From: Verrucomicrobiota bacterium
Lineage (GTDB): Bacteria; Verrucomicrobiota; Verrucomicrobiia; Limisphaerales; AAA164-E04
Length of the DNA: 64,000 nucleotides
Assembly (NCBI GenBank): GCA_047947115.1
Contig: CP170459.1
Coordinates: forward strand, 4,256,001 to 4,320,000
Reading direction: 5' to 3'
Of this stretch, positions 1-9,839 are shown one piece after another. Within the stretch, counting starts at the first letter, position 1. Each line of letters begins with the position of its first letter. The notes below the pieces were generated by a model. The model saw nothing but the letters and a program-made list of their open reading frames with translations, did no database searches and was not told where the DNA came from. The translations under genes were made by a program, and so were the position numbers.

Positions 1-453
1 AAGGTTGGAGTTGCTTGGTTGGGCGATATTCACAACCAATGTTCCCCAGAACGAATGCACAGCAAAAGAAGTGGCAAAGATCTACGGTTTGCGCTGGCGG
101 ATAGAAACCATTTTTAAGGCATGGAAAAGCCATTTTCGTATCACCGAGGTTCCTGACGGTTCTGCAGAGCAACTCCGGATAGTGGTTTGTGCACGACTCA
201 TTTTTATTACCGTTCTTACAAACTTGATAGAGCGTGACTGGCTTGCCCCGGGGCAGACTTGCAACGCGGCGCATTTGAGCATGTTGAAAGTGGCTGCTCT
301 ACTGGGAGATTACTTTTTGGCTCTGTGTTTTGAAGCGTGGAATGTACAAGTCAGCGATGCTATCCCTATACAAATGAGATACCAATGCAAATATGACAAA
401 CGATCTCGTCAAAACTATGAACAAAACCTCCTGGCTTTATCCTGACGCGCATG
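1..453 (+). mobile_element. IS4-family (IS231-like) insertion sequence, right end; truncated at the window start
   Basis: Transposase C-terminus runs into a putative right inverted repeat (reverse complement CATGCGCGTCAGGATAA, 437-453) that starts with the 5'-CAT end typical of IS231-group elements. Confidence 0.7.
5..445 (+). CDS. IS4-family DDE transposase, C-terminal part (5' truncated)
   Basis: WAIFTTN...YGLRWRIETIFKAWKS matches the IS4 YREK signature (Y-x2-R-x3-E-x6-K). Confidence 0.85.
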   Translation: MELLGWAIFTTNVPQNECTAKEVAKIYGLRWRIETIFKAWKSHFRITEVPDGSAEQLRIVVCARLIFITVLTNLIERDWLAPGQTCNAAHLSMLKVAALLGDYFLALCFEAWNVQVSDAIPIQMRYQCKYDKRSRQNYEQNLLALS

Positions 454-477
454 CGCAGTCGCGGGATCTTCGAGATG

Positions 478-607
478 TCACAGATTTACGCAGATATAGA
501 AGGAAGATCCATTCGAGTGGCAACTGAAAATTGGGACACTATTTGGTGAATCGCTTTGAAGAGATCAGATCTGGCTTGATACCCAATATCTACGTTCATC
601 TGTGTCA
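478..607. repeat. Imperfect inverted repeat of CACAGATTTACGCAGAT type
   Basis: tcacagatttacgcagata (478-496) pairs imperfectly with tatctacgttcatctgtgtca (587-607); the same motif recurs at 56437-56462. Confidence 0.5.
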
Positions 608-642
608 TGTGCTGATTCCTAATGGAATGATTACGGCTGAGG

Positions 643-1596
643 TCAATGCTGAGAAAACCGGACTTCCAAAGGGCGATGATCTGATCCCAAATCGGGACCC
701 CGGTTCAATGCGTGTATCGATATTTCTGGTTGAGCAAGAAACAGGTCAATCGGGATCCCCAAAGGCAATAAGCCAATGGGCCAGGTCGGCAATGACAGCA
801 TGGATGTCGGTGGGCAATAACTCAACTGATGTCGTTTCATCATCTGTCTGACCGGGTAATGCCACGGCGTGGCATTAAAGTCTCCCACGGCAACGAAAGG
901 ATGGCGCGTCTCGCTCATGGTTTCTGAAACCTGACGCAAGTAATCGTCTCGCAAACCCGTAAAACGATTTCCGATCGGCGGAACAGGATGTGCAACAAAC
1001 ACCGAAAAGGTTTTATTCATGTCATGCTCAACATCGAAGAGAATACAGGGCACGTCCCAATCCAATTTGAAGCGGTCTTTGAAGGGATATTTGCTATAAA
1101 CAGCCATCCCAAAATTATCATCACGTGGTTGCAGAACTTGATGTGGCCATCGTTCATGCAAGGGCGTCAATTGTTGCAACCACAAACGATTGACCTCACC
1201 GAGACATATGAAATCAGGATCCCGTTCTTTCAGATAATCCAACACTTCCGACTTGGATCTATTTCCCGTGTGGACATTAAACCAGATTAAGGAGTAGCTC
1301 GCCGAATTCGATGGCGCATCCGATACTCTGCTCCATGCCCACGGTTCCATTACCCCCACCTGCCAGGCAATCAACACCAACAACAAACCCATCGTCTTTT
1401 TCTGCCGCCACCAACAAGCAGGGATCACAGCGCTGGCCAGGAGAACCAGGAAATGAATTCGAAAGTGATCCACGAGAGCAAGCAACCAGAACCAGCGACC
1501 GGCGAACCCCATCAGGGTGAGGCTTAAAACGACACCCGCAATGATGACCGGGTAATCCTTCCATTTCATTTTTCGCTGCAGCAAACCTTTCGCCAT
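643..1596 (-). CDS. Endonuclease/exonuclease/phosphatase (EEP) family membrane protein
   Basis: N-terminal TM segments; FNV, LGE, VGDFNATPW, PID and GSDHRPL motifs. Confidence 0.85.
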   Translation of the reverse strand: MAKGLLQRKMKWKDYPVIIAGVVLSLTLMGFAGRWFWLLALVDHFRIHFLVLLASAVIPACWWRQKKTMGLLLVLIAWQVGVMEPWAWSRVSDAPSNSASYSLIWFNVHTGNRSKSEVLDYLKERDPDFICLGEVNRLWLQQLTPLHERWPHQVLQPRDDNFGMAVYSKYPFKDRFKLDWDVPCILFDVEHDMNKTFSVFVAHPVPPIGNRFTGLRDDYLRQVSETMSETRHPFVAVGDFNATPWHYPVRQMMKRHQLSYCPPTSMLSLPTWPIGLLPLGIPIDLFLAQPEISIHALNRGPDLGSDHRPLEVRFSQH

Positions 1597-1641
1597 TGTC
1601 TTACTTACCCCAAAAGGCTATACTGCGTTTCATTCGAATCC

Positions 1642-2325
1642 ATGGCAATGCTTGAAATCAAACAACTCAAAAAACGCTATTGCACACCGGAGAACAAACT
1701 CCATACCGTGCTGGACGTGCCTGCGTTTCAAATGGAAGCAGAGCAACAGGTGGCATTGTGCGGTGAAAGCGGCACCGGCAAAACGACCTTTCTGCATCTG
1801 ATTGCCGGCATCCTGTCAGCAGATGAAGGAGAAATCCTGCTCGACGGAACCGATCTTCACAAGCTTTCCGAAGCCAAACGCGACCGGCTCCGGGCCAATC
1901 AAATCGGCTATATCTTTCAAACATTCAACCTGCTGCAAGGTTATACCTGCCTGGAAAACGTGATGTTGGGCATGAGTTTCGGTTCGGGCGTTGACAAGGA
2001 CTATGCCTCACAATTGCTGATAAGAGTCGGTATGCAGGATCGCATGCATCATTACCCGCGACAACTCTCCACCGGTCAACAACAGCGCGTGGCCGTGGCG
2101 CGGGCATTGGCAAATCGGCCCAAACTGGTATTGGCGGACGAACCCACCGGCAATCTGGACACCACTCGCGCGGAAGAGGCCCTGCACCTCATTCGTGAAG
2201 CTTGTAAAGAAAACAAGGCGGCTCTCTTACTGGTCAGTCATGACTGGCATATTTTGAACGCATTCGAACACTGCCAGGATCTAGCATCTCTCAACAAAGC
2301 CACCAGGGAGGAGAAAAGAGCATGA
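1642..2325 (+). CDS. ABC transporter ATP-binding protein (LolD/MacB-like)
   Basis: Walker A GESGTGKT, signature LSTGQQQRVAVARAL, Walker B LVLADEPTGNLD, H-loop SHD. Confidence 0.95.
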   Translation: MAMLEIKQLKKRYCTPENKLHTVLDVPAFQMEAEQQVALCGESGTGKTTFLHLIAGILSADEGEILLDGTDLHKLSEAKRDRLRANQIGYIFQTFNLLQGYTCLENVMLGMSFGSGVDKDYASQLLIRVGMQDRMHHYPRQLSTGQQQRVAVARALANRPKLVLADEPTGNLDTTRAEEALHLIREACKENKAALLLVSHDWHILNAFEHCQDLASLNKATREEKRA

Positions 2326-3524
2326 TCCTAAAGATGGTATTCAAAAGTCTGCGGCAACACCTGTTGTCCACCACCATCACTTCCTTTTCGATCGCCCTGG
2401 CGGGCGGGTTGATTTTGTCTGTATGGGTGATCAAGGATCAATCCAACGCGGCTTTTACGGGAGTGAATGCGGGATTTGACGCCGTGCTCGGCGCTCGGTC
2501 TTCCAAGCTTCAATTGGTTCTGAACTCCATCTTCCACGTGGAAGCTTCACCCGGAAACCTCGCTTTGGAAGACTATGAAGACATCAAGAAACACCCGGGC
2601 GTGGAACACGCCATCCCCATCGCCGTGGGAGACAACTTCAAGGGCTTCCGACTGGTGGGGACACTTCCAGAACTCTTCACCGACACTGAATATAGTGAAG
2701 GTAAAAAGTACGCCACCTTGCCGGGCGGACGCTGGATGGATACAAGCCGTCGCGAGGCAGTGGTGGGAGGTTTCGCGGCGACACAACTGGGTTTAAAAGT
2801 GGGTGATACCTTTCATCCTTACCATGGCCTGCTATTCGACGAAGAAAAACAGCACGCCGAAACCTATGTCGTGGTGGGAGTGATGGAACTGACCAACACG
2901 CCCGCCGACCGGGTGATTTGGATTCCTCTGGCCGGACTCCAGAAAATGAGCGGACACGACCCCAAAACAGCCAACGATATCAGTGCGGTGCTTGTCAAAT
3001 TACGCAATCCCCAGGCTGGTTTCCGACTCGACCTGATGTACAACAAACAGGGAGATCGCCTGACGCTGGCCTGGCCCATCGACCAGATCATGGCCCAGTT
3101 GTTCTCGAAGATTGGTTGGTTCGATCGTGTTCTTGAGATGATCGCTTACCTGGTGGCGGTGGTCGCCGCCGGTTCGGTCCTTGCCGGGATTTACAACTCC
3201 ATGAACGAACGGAAACGAGACATTGCCATCCTGCGTGCGCTGGGGGCGGGACGCCGGGTCATTTTCGGTTCGGTCGTGCTTGAATCCACGGCGATATCCA
3301 TCATAGGCATGATCATGGCATTCGGAGTGTACGCCATCATCTTCAGCACGGCGGCGGCTGTCATACGCGTTCAAACAGGGGTTGTCCTCACATTGGGAAC
3401 ATGGCACCCGGCGTTGCTATGGACCCCATTGGGCATGATCCTGTTGGGAGCCATTACCGGATGTGTTCCCGCCATCAAAGCTTATCGCACCCATGTTGCC
3501 GAAAACCTGATCCCCGTGTCATGA
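2322..3524 (+). CDS. ABC transporter permease, FtsX/MacB family
   Basis: ATGA overlap with the ATPase; N-terminal TM, periplasmic domain, ERKRDIAILRALGA and C-terminal TMs. Confidence 0.9.
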   Translation: MILKMVFKSLRQHLLSTTITSFSIALAGGLILSVWVIKDQSNAAFTGVNAGFDAVLGARSSKLQLVLNSIFHVEASPGNLALEDYEDIKKHPGVEHAIPIAVGDNFKGFRLVGTLPELFTDTEYSEGKKYATLPGGRWMDTSRREAVVGGFAATQLGLKVGDTFHPYHGLLFDEEKQHAETYVVVGVMELTNTPADRVIWIPLAGLQKMSGHDPKTANDISAVLVKLRNPQAGFRLDLMYNKQGDRLTLAWPIDQIMAQLFSKIGWFDRVLEMIAYLVAVVAAGSVLAGIYNSMNERKRDIAILRALGAGRRVIFGSVVLESTAISIIGMIMAFGVYAIIFSTAAAVIRVQTGVVLTLGTWHPALLWTPLGMILLGAITGCVPAIKAYRTHVAENLIPVS

Positions 3525-4048
3525 GCAAAACCCATCCATATCCAACAGGCCTGTTCACTTGGCTCTTCAGTCTGCTCTGTCTGATTTGGACAGGTTGCGG
3601 GGATACATCCGATGTCGCCGAACATGATCACGATCACGGTGAAGAAGCCAACCACGCTCATGCAGGACACCACCATGATCCCCCTCATGGTGGCACGGTG
3701 ATCCGCCTGGGAGACGAACTTTACCATCTTGAATGGGTCAGGGACGAAGAAGCCGGTCTGATGCGATGTTATGTATTGGATGGTCACATGGAGCAATTTA
3801 TCCGGATCGATCAAACTGAAATCATTGTTCTGGTGAATGGCCCGGACGGAACCATGCTCCCCTGGAGCTTCGTCGCCGCGGAAAACCGGGCAACGGGTGA
3901 AACCATCGGCAACACCTCGGAATTCCAGGCACGCCTCCCCGAGTTACCCAATCAAAATAAGTTTGAAGGAACCATTCCGGAGGTCCATATTCAGGGTAAT
4001 CGATTTGAGAACATTGCTTTTCAGTTTCCGGAAGGCAACGAAGGCTGA
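3521..4048 (+). CDS. His-rich putative lipoprotein, possible metal-binding protein
   Basis: Start placed at ATG 3521 (ATGA overlap); lipobox-like WTGC; EHDHDHGEEANHAHAGHHHDPPHGG. Confidence 0.7.
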   Translation: MSKTHPYPTGLFTWLFSLLCLIWTGCGDTSDVAEHDHDHGEEANHAHAGHHHDPPHGGTVIRLGDELYHLEWVRDEEAGLMRCYVLDGHMEQFIRIDQTEIIVLVNGPDGTMLPWSFVAAENRATGETIGNTSEFQARLPELPNQNKFEGTIPEVHIQGNRFENIAFQFPEGNEG

Positions 4049-4090
4049 GAAAACGAACAAACAAGCGCTGCATTACTCATCTCCAACAAC

Positions 4091-4996
4091 ATGAAGAACA
4101 AGCACCACTCACCCCTTTCATTGATCACCACTTGTTTACTCGCGGCCCTGTGCCTGACATGGACCCTGTCGTCCGGATGCTCCAAATCCTCCGACACCAC
4201 AACGGAAGTGGCACAAGCGCCACAAGGAGAACCGATTCAGGGCGAACTGATTCAAGGTGATCCCATTGAGCCTGAACCAGCAGCCGTTTCAGCCTCTTCC
4301 ACTATTTCAGATGAAGGCAAAGTGGTTGATCCACAGCTATCCCCTGAACCTGAAAAAACGATCGGAAAAGCACCTGAGAAAGCCACGGAAGTCGTTAATT
4401 CGGACGAAACCGACAATACAACTCCTGTCCTTGAAGAGGAGAACGATCAAGAAACAACCATCGCACAACAATCGGCACCCAGCGAACCAGCCATAGAGGA
4501 ACTGTCAGCAGATACCGCTGCGGCCAAGCTCATTGAGAAACCCCTGGTCGCAACCACCCTGCCCGACGCAAATGGTTACCTTTCCGTCAGCTTCGACAAA
4601 CTGGCCTCTTTCGAATACCAGATGCCGGAGGACCTGACAGCCCCGGTGGCGGATGAAGAAGGAACCGTTTACAAAGAGCAGATTCCAGCCGACATCAAAG
4701 CTCTCAACGCAAAAAACATTTCACTCAAAGGCTTCATGCTGCCACTGAAGGTCGAAAAGGGATTGGTCACCGAAATGCTGATCATGCGCGATCAATCCAT
4801 GTGCTGCTACGGCACCGTCCCCAAGATCAACGAATGGGTCAGCGTCCGCATGGACGAACAAGGCGTCAAACCCATCATGGACGAAGCCGTGACCATCTAT
4901 GGAACGTTGCAAGTCGGTGAAGTCCTGGAAAACGGCTACCTCGTAGGCATCTACGAAATGGCCGGCCAGAAAATGGACGAGCCACAGGCAAATTAG
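4091..4996 (+). CDS. DUF3299-like lipoprotein
   Basis: Signal peptide with SSGC, acidic disordered linker, C-terminal GFMLPL...SMCCYGTVP...N domain. Confidence 0.7.
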   Translation: MKNKHHSPLSLITTCLLAALCLTWTLSSGCSKSSDTTTEVAQAPQGEPIQGELIQGDPIEPEPAAVSASSTISDEGKVVDPQLSPEPEKTIGKAPEKATEVVNSDETDNTTPVLEEENDQETTIAQQSAPSEPAIEELSADTAAAKLIEKPLVATTLPDANGYLSVSFDKLASFEYQMPEDLTAPVADEEGTVYKEQIPADIKALNAKNISLKGFMLPLKVEKGLVTEMLIMRDQSMCCYGTVPKINEWVSVRMDEQGVKPIMDEAVTIYGTLQVGEVLENGYLVGIYEMAGQKMDEPQAN

Positions 4997-5151
4997 GCCG
5001 GGCTTTTAGACCCCGAACACTAAAAGGGGTTGTTTTAAAATCCATTTATCTGACTACTTCGTGCCCTTCTTACTTCATACTATCCGCAAACACATTTGAC
5101 ATTCAGGTTGCTCTCCTGGCACCCGGCCCCAAAAAAATCTCCGAAAGCCTA

Positions 5152-5177
5152 GACAAATCCCCCTTCCCCATGCGTCT
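5152..5177 (+). promoter_or_regulatory. Candidate ECF-type (autoregulatory) promoter
   Basis: GACAAA-N15-CGTCT immediately upstream of the ECF sigma start codon. Confidence 0.35.
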
Positions 5178-5187
5178 TTATAAGTGA

Positions 5188-5703
5188 ATGGCGGGAATCC
5201 GGACATTGGAACAAATCTACGATGCGCACGCGGACGCTCTTTTTGCGTTTCTGATGTATGTGCTCGGTCATGAATCCGATGTGCGCGACGTCATGCAGGA
5301 TTTGTTCTGCCGAATCGCTCAGAAACCGGATCTGATCAGTCAAGCAATTCACGAACGTCCGTTCCTCATCCGCATGGCACACAGCATGGCCTTGGACAGT
5401 CTGAGACGCCGCGACGCTCGATCCAGAGCCCACAAATCATCTGGAGAACATGGCGAAACAAGCACGACACCTCAAACGGAAACAAGCGATGCAGCCGCGA
5501 TTGATACCGAATTAATAAAGGCCCTGAAAGCCTTGCCTGGCGATCAATCGACGGTGATTCATTTGAAATTGAAAGAAGAAATGACCTTTGAACAAATTGC
5601 CGAAGCATTGGACATACCACAAAACACCGCAGCATCCCGCTATCGCTACGGTCTGGAAAAACTCCGAACCCTGCTGAAACCCCTCTACGAAGAAATCAAA
5701 TAG
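5188..5703 (+). CDS. ECF RNA polymerase sigma-70 factor
   Basis: Region 2 (DVMQDLF...ALDSLRRR) and region 4 (MTFEQIAEALDIPQNTAASRYRYG). Confidence 0.92.
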   Translation: MAGIRTLEQIYDAHADALFAFLMYVLGHESDVRDVMQDLFCRIAQKPDLISQAIHERPFLIRMAHSMALDSLRRRDARSRAHKSSGEHGETSTTPQTETSDAAAIDTELIKALKALPGDQSTVIHLKLKEEMTFEQIAEALDIPQNTAASRYRYGLEKLRTLLKPLYEEIK

Positions 5704-5712
5704 TCCAGCACC

Positions 5713-6219
5713 ATGAAACCCTACGAACCTGAATCCAGCGAGGATCACCAGCTCAAAAAGTTGGAATCACATATCAAGGGCCTCCCCGAGCCTTCGCTTC
5801 CGCCGTCATGGAAATTAGACATCCTATCCACTGCCCAACAAAAAGCAGTTACCCTGCCCGCAACCGGGACCGAAGACCTGATTCAGGACAGACAACCAGC
5901 TTGGCTATCGATCCTTAGCGCAGGATTCAGGCTCATTACTCCCGTCCGCGCAACCATCGCAGCCATCTGGCTGTTCGCCCTTTGTGGCGCCAAATTCGAC
6001 ACCTGGCTGAACGGAACAACAGATCCCAACACCCCATCAAGCCACCCCGCAACTCCCTACACCAGCCTATCCGACCAACTCATGCAATGGGAAATGGCCG
6101 GACTGGAAGCAACCCTTCCAGAAAACGACACTGCCCCAACAAACCACCAGCAAACACCCCCAGGCCCCAGAAGCCACCGTAAGCAGAAAAATTCACCATT
6201 AACCCTTCACCATTCCTAA
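5713..6219 (+). CDS. Putative anti-sigma factor / single-TM protein
   Basis: Directly downstream of the ECF sigma; one hydrophobic segment (ATIAAIWLFAL). Confidence 0.5.
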   Translation: MKPYEPESSEDHQLKKLESHIKGLPEPSLPPSWKLDILSTAQQKAVTLPATGTEDLIQDRQPAWLSILSAGFRLITPVRATIAAIWLFALCGAKFDTWLNGTTDPNTPSSHPATPYTSLSDQLMQWEMAGLEATLPENDTAPTNHQQTPPGPRSHRKQKNSPLTLHHS

Positions 6220-6223
6220 TCCC

Positions 6224-8101
6224 ATGTCTCCTCTACAATTCTACTGTCGCCTCACCGAATGGCTCCTATCATGGGTCACCATCCTTCTGGTTGATCGGAA
6301 AAAAACATTTCCCTTAAAATGGGCACTCATTTTATGCGGTTCGACTATGATTGCCTGGCTGGCATGCATCAGCGCTTTCCTGATGAAGTGGCTACTTGCA
6401 AAAGAATGGAACAATGGCGTTTTATGGGGTAGAGGTTTTTGGTCCATACTGGCAGTAACAGGTTGCGCGTGTATTCTGTGTCATTGGGGATTCACCTACC
6501 ACTTTTGGAATCGGAGAGCTCGTAAACTTTGTCCATCCTCCCAGCAAAACTCCCCGCTCCCTGAATCACCTCGCTGGGTGTTTTGGGTATTAAGTTTCGT
6601 CTACTTACCAGTCTTCAGCATCCTAACGCCATTAGCGGCAGTATTAGGTGTGGAAAACATCTACGGTTCCTACCTCTGGCATAAAACACAGTCACAACTG
6701 GAACAAAAAGGAGAAAAAATCCAGTGGGTTCACTGGGCCAGTCAACCTGTTTCGGATGAAGACAATTTTGCAAGTCATCCCATTTTCTCAGCGGCTCAAG
6801 AGCAAGTAAACGACAAGGCAAAAACAGCAGCAGAACGTAACCTAGCTCGATCAAAAGCCGTAGAGATGCTGCAAATGCTCAACCGCCCTGAGATTTTAGC
6901 GCAGAAACATCATTTAAAAAAACACCCAAACTCAAGATCACGTCCATCGATGAAAAGTTGGGCATCGGCTTATAAGGAGGCCATTGCGAACCAAAAGACA
7001 CGGGGTAGTTCTGCTCCAATCGCTCTGGCTGAACTCCCCAAATACCCGGAAGCTCCTGAACAGGCCTCGGACCTTGAAGTCGTGGATGTTGCCCTCTCTA
7101 TTGCCGAAGATTTGCTCAAAGATATTTCTAATGCGAGTCGGCGCCCGCATTTTCGTTTATCATCAACAGGCGATCAACCTAACTTCGACAATCCTTTCCA
7201 AACTCTGTCGGTGATAAAGAAAATAGCCAATTTTCTTAACTTCCGATCCTGGCATTATCTGGAAACCAACAAACCAGACCAAGCAGCCGAGGACATTCTT
7301 CTATTGTTACGGATGGCAAAAAAGATTGATGATGATCCCTTATTGATTTCTCACCTTGTGCGGATAGCACTGACCGCCATAGCAAGGAATGACATTGAGG
7401 ATGGATTCCCCAAGCATCAATGGACTGAAGACGAACTGATCAAATTACAAAACGCCTTTGTGCAGCAAGATTTTCTACCATCAGTCCTGACGACCATCAA
7501 ACGAGAACGGGGCGTGGCTTCCCTCATGTTCGACCAGTGGATTCAAGGCAAAGGAATGTGGTTTGGTGCTGACGGATTTATGCCTATGAACTCACGCTTT
7601 GCCAGCCGAGTGATGCCCGGGTGGATCCGACAAACACAAGCTGCGTATTTGAACATATTACAGAATTGGTTGGATGTGACAGCACCCCAGTTGAATGCCC
7701 CGAACACACTACATGGTATTAACCTATTGAATTCTATCAATCCGGAAGTATTGATTCGCAAACACAGTTTCAACCCGCACTACAATATTGCCAATCTTGT
7801 CCTTCCATCAATCCATAAGATTTATGCCAAGACACTCCGCATTCAACAGATACGAGATCAAACCATCACCGCCTGCGCTCTCGAAAGATACTACCTCCAA
7901 CACAAAACCTATCCGCCTACCCTTCATGATCTGGTTCCCGAATACATCCCCCAAGTCCCCCTCGACATCATGGATCGGTCCGAACTGAAATACGAACGCA
8001 GTGAAGACGGAACATTTCGGCTATGGTCCGTTGGCCTCGATGGCGAAGACGACGGTGGGGATACAGAGAAAGACCGCGACTGGGTATGGCCAAGGGACTA
8101 A
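6224..8101 (+). CDS. Membrane-anchored hypothetical protein with pseudopilin/GspG-like C-terminus
   Basis: N-terminal TMs; ACALERYYLQHKTYPPTLHDLVPEY...FRLWSVGLDGEDDGG tail. Confidence 0.65.
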   Translation: MSPLQFYCRLTEWLLSWVTILLVDRKKTFPLKWALILCGSTMIAWLACISAFLMKWLLAKEWNNGVLWGRGFWSILAVTGCACILCHWGFTYHFWNRRARKLCPSSQQNSPLPESPRWVFWVLSFVYLPVFSILTPLAAVLGVENIYGSYLWHKTQSQLEQKGEKIQWVHWASQPVSDEDNFASHPIFSAAQEQVNDKAKTAAERNLARSKAVEMLQMLNRPEILAQKHHLKKHPNSRSRPSMKSWASAYKEAIANQKTRGSSAPIALAELPKYPEAPEQASDLEVVDVALSIAEDLLKDISNASRRPHFRLSSTGDQPNFDNPFQTLSVIKKIANFLNFRSWHYLETNKPDQAAEDILLLLRMAKKIDDDPLLISHLVRIALTAIARNDIEDGFPKHQWTEDELIKLQNAFVQQDFLPSVLTTIKRERGVASLMFDQWIQGKGMWFGADGFMPMNSRFASRVMPGWIRQTQAAYLNILQNWLDVTAPQLNAPNTLHGINLLNSINPEVLIRKHSFNPHYNIANLVLPSIHKIYAKTLRIQQIRDQTITACALERYYLQHKTYPPTLHDLVPEYIPQVPLDIMDRSELKYERSEDGTFRLWSVGLDGEDDGGDTEKDRDWVWPRD

Positions 8102-8111
8102 TTTAAAAAAT

Positions 8112-8253
8112 GGAGGGATCGGTTCCACCCGGTTCCCATACTTCCGCCTAAAGACATTCCTGAGCAAATAAGGTGGAACCCGGGAGGCCATGGGGTATAC
8201 GACCGGTTGCAGCATGTCCTTGAACAACGTATGGGAGTGTGTTCGCCCTAAGG
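8112..8253. repeat. GGAG-type REP-like palindrome within a long imperfect hairpin
   Basis: ggag-ggatcgg-ttccac-ccggttcc; ttcccatac/gtatgggag and aaagacat/atgtcctt arms. Confidence 0.4.
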
Positions 8254-8318
8254 AAAAAAGTGGGTGCAAAGCGGAATTTGCCCTCCGATTTTGTAAACCC
8301 AAAAAAAACACCTCAGAC

Positions 8319-9833
8319 TCACGCAAGCAGGTCTGTAATCACCGATGATTCACGGGTTATGGTGGTCAATCGTTTGTCGATGCCCTGGTGCCGGTAGGTG
8401 AGTCGTTTGTGGTCGATGCCGAAGCAGTGCAGCAGCGTGGCTTGGAAATCGTTAATGTGAACGGGATGGATCACCGGCGCCCACCCAAGCTCATCGGTCT
8501 CTCCATAAACATAACCAGGCTTCGTTCCTCCCCCGGCCATGAACATGGAGAAGGCATTAGGATGATGATCTCTTCCGGTCACCCCAGCGCGTCCAACACG
8601 GTTTTCACCGAGCGGGGTGCGTCCGAACTCCCCTGCCCAGACGACCAGTGTTTCATCCAGCAAACCGCGTTCCTTGAGATCCTTGATCAAGGCCCCGATG
8701 GGTTGATCCACACATCCGGCGTTGTATCCGAGTTCTGCATCCAGATTGGAGTGATGATCCCATGAGGCAAACATGATGTTCACAAACCGCACACCCCGTT
8801 CAACCAGTCTTCGAGCCAGCAAACAGTTGGCTCCGAAAGAAGCGTAATGCTTTCCGGATCCCACACGTCCTGATCTCTTCTCGGGTTCCTCCCGCTTCAC
8901 TCCATAAGCTTCCAGGGTGGATGAAGATTCCCCGGACAAATCACTTAATTCGGGCGCCGCCATCTGCATGCGAAATGCGAGCTCGTAGTTGGCGATGCGG
9001 CTGGCGATTTCCGGATCGTGCACCCTGTTCAAATGGGAACGGTTCAAGGCACCCAGCGCATCCAAGCCCTGACGTTCCAGCTCTTGAGGCAAGCCTGCCG
9101 GTCGCTCGAGATTCAGTATTGGCGCGCCCTGGTTTCGGAACAGAACCCCGGCATGAACCGAGGAAAGAAACCCGTTACTCCATAGAGTGGAACCACCACT
9201 GGGTCCTCTACCGGAACTCAACACCACGTAACTGGGCAGATCACGATTCTCTGTTCCCAATCCGTATGAAATCCAGGAGCCCATCGATGGCAATCCAAAC
9301 AATGCCTGACCACATTGCATCAGCAACTGTCCGGGATGATGATTGAACTGATCGGTGTGCATCGACCGGATCATGCAGATATCATCGGCACAACTTGCAA
9401 TATGAGGCACGGCATCGGAAAACCACATCCCGCTTTGACCGTGTTGCGAAAACTTGTGCGTGGTTCCCATGAGACGGGCGGTGTCCTTTTGAAGAAATGC
9501 AAACCTTACCCCTTCGGTCAGGGACGGAGGCAGTGGCTGACCATCCAACTGGTTCAACTTCGGTTTGTAATCAAACAAATCCAGTTGTGACGGAGCGCCC
9601 GCGTTGAAAATGAAGATACAGTTCTTTGCTTTCGCTGGAAAATGTGTGGCCCTGGGGCTCAGCGGATCTTGACCAGCCTGCTTGCCAGCCGCCATCAGAC
9701 CGGTTTCAGAGATCAAGCTCGAAAAAGCCAGCCCGCCCAAACCACTGGCGCCAGTCAGCAGAAAGTCTCTTCGGAGCATGCCTTCTGTGCCCGGTTTCTT
9801 TGTTTCTGTTTGCATCCGTTTCGTATCCATCAT
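8319..9833 (-). CDS. DUF1501 domain protein (Tat-exported)
   Basis: RRDFL Tat motif; FPAKAKNCIF, GAPSQLDLFDYKP, ARRLVERGVRFV, GEFGRTP, GRDHHP. Confidence 0.92.
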   Translation of the reverse strand: MMDTKRMQTETKKPGTEGMLRRDFLLTGASGLGGLAFSSLISETGLMAAGKQAGQDPLSPRATHFPAKAKNCIFIFNAGAPSQLDLFDYKPKLNQLDGQPLPPSLTEGVRFAFLQKDTARLMGTTHKFSQHGQSGMWFSDAVPHIASCADDICMIRSMHTDQFNHHPGQLLMQCGQALFGLPSMGSWISYGLGTENRDLPSYVVLSSGRGPSGGSTLWSNGFLSSVHAGVLFRNQGAPILNLERPAGLPQELERQGLDALGALNRSHLNRVHDPEIASRIANYELAFRMQMAAPELSDLSGESSSTLEAYGVKREEPEKRSGRVGSGKHYASFGANCLLARRLVERGVRFVNIMFASWDHHSNLDAELGYNAGCVDQPIGALIKDLKERGLLDETLVVWAGEFGRTPLGENRVGRAGVTGRDHHPNAFSMFMAGGGTKPGYVYGETDELGWAPVIHPVHINDFQATLLHCFGIDHKRLTYRHQGIDKRLTTITRESSVITDLLA

Positions 9834-9839
9834 GATTCC

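Noticed and set aside
1597..1641. Zur/Fur box upstream of the ABC operon
   Set aside because: No convincing AT-rich dyad; only a TATACT -10-like hexamer
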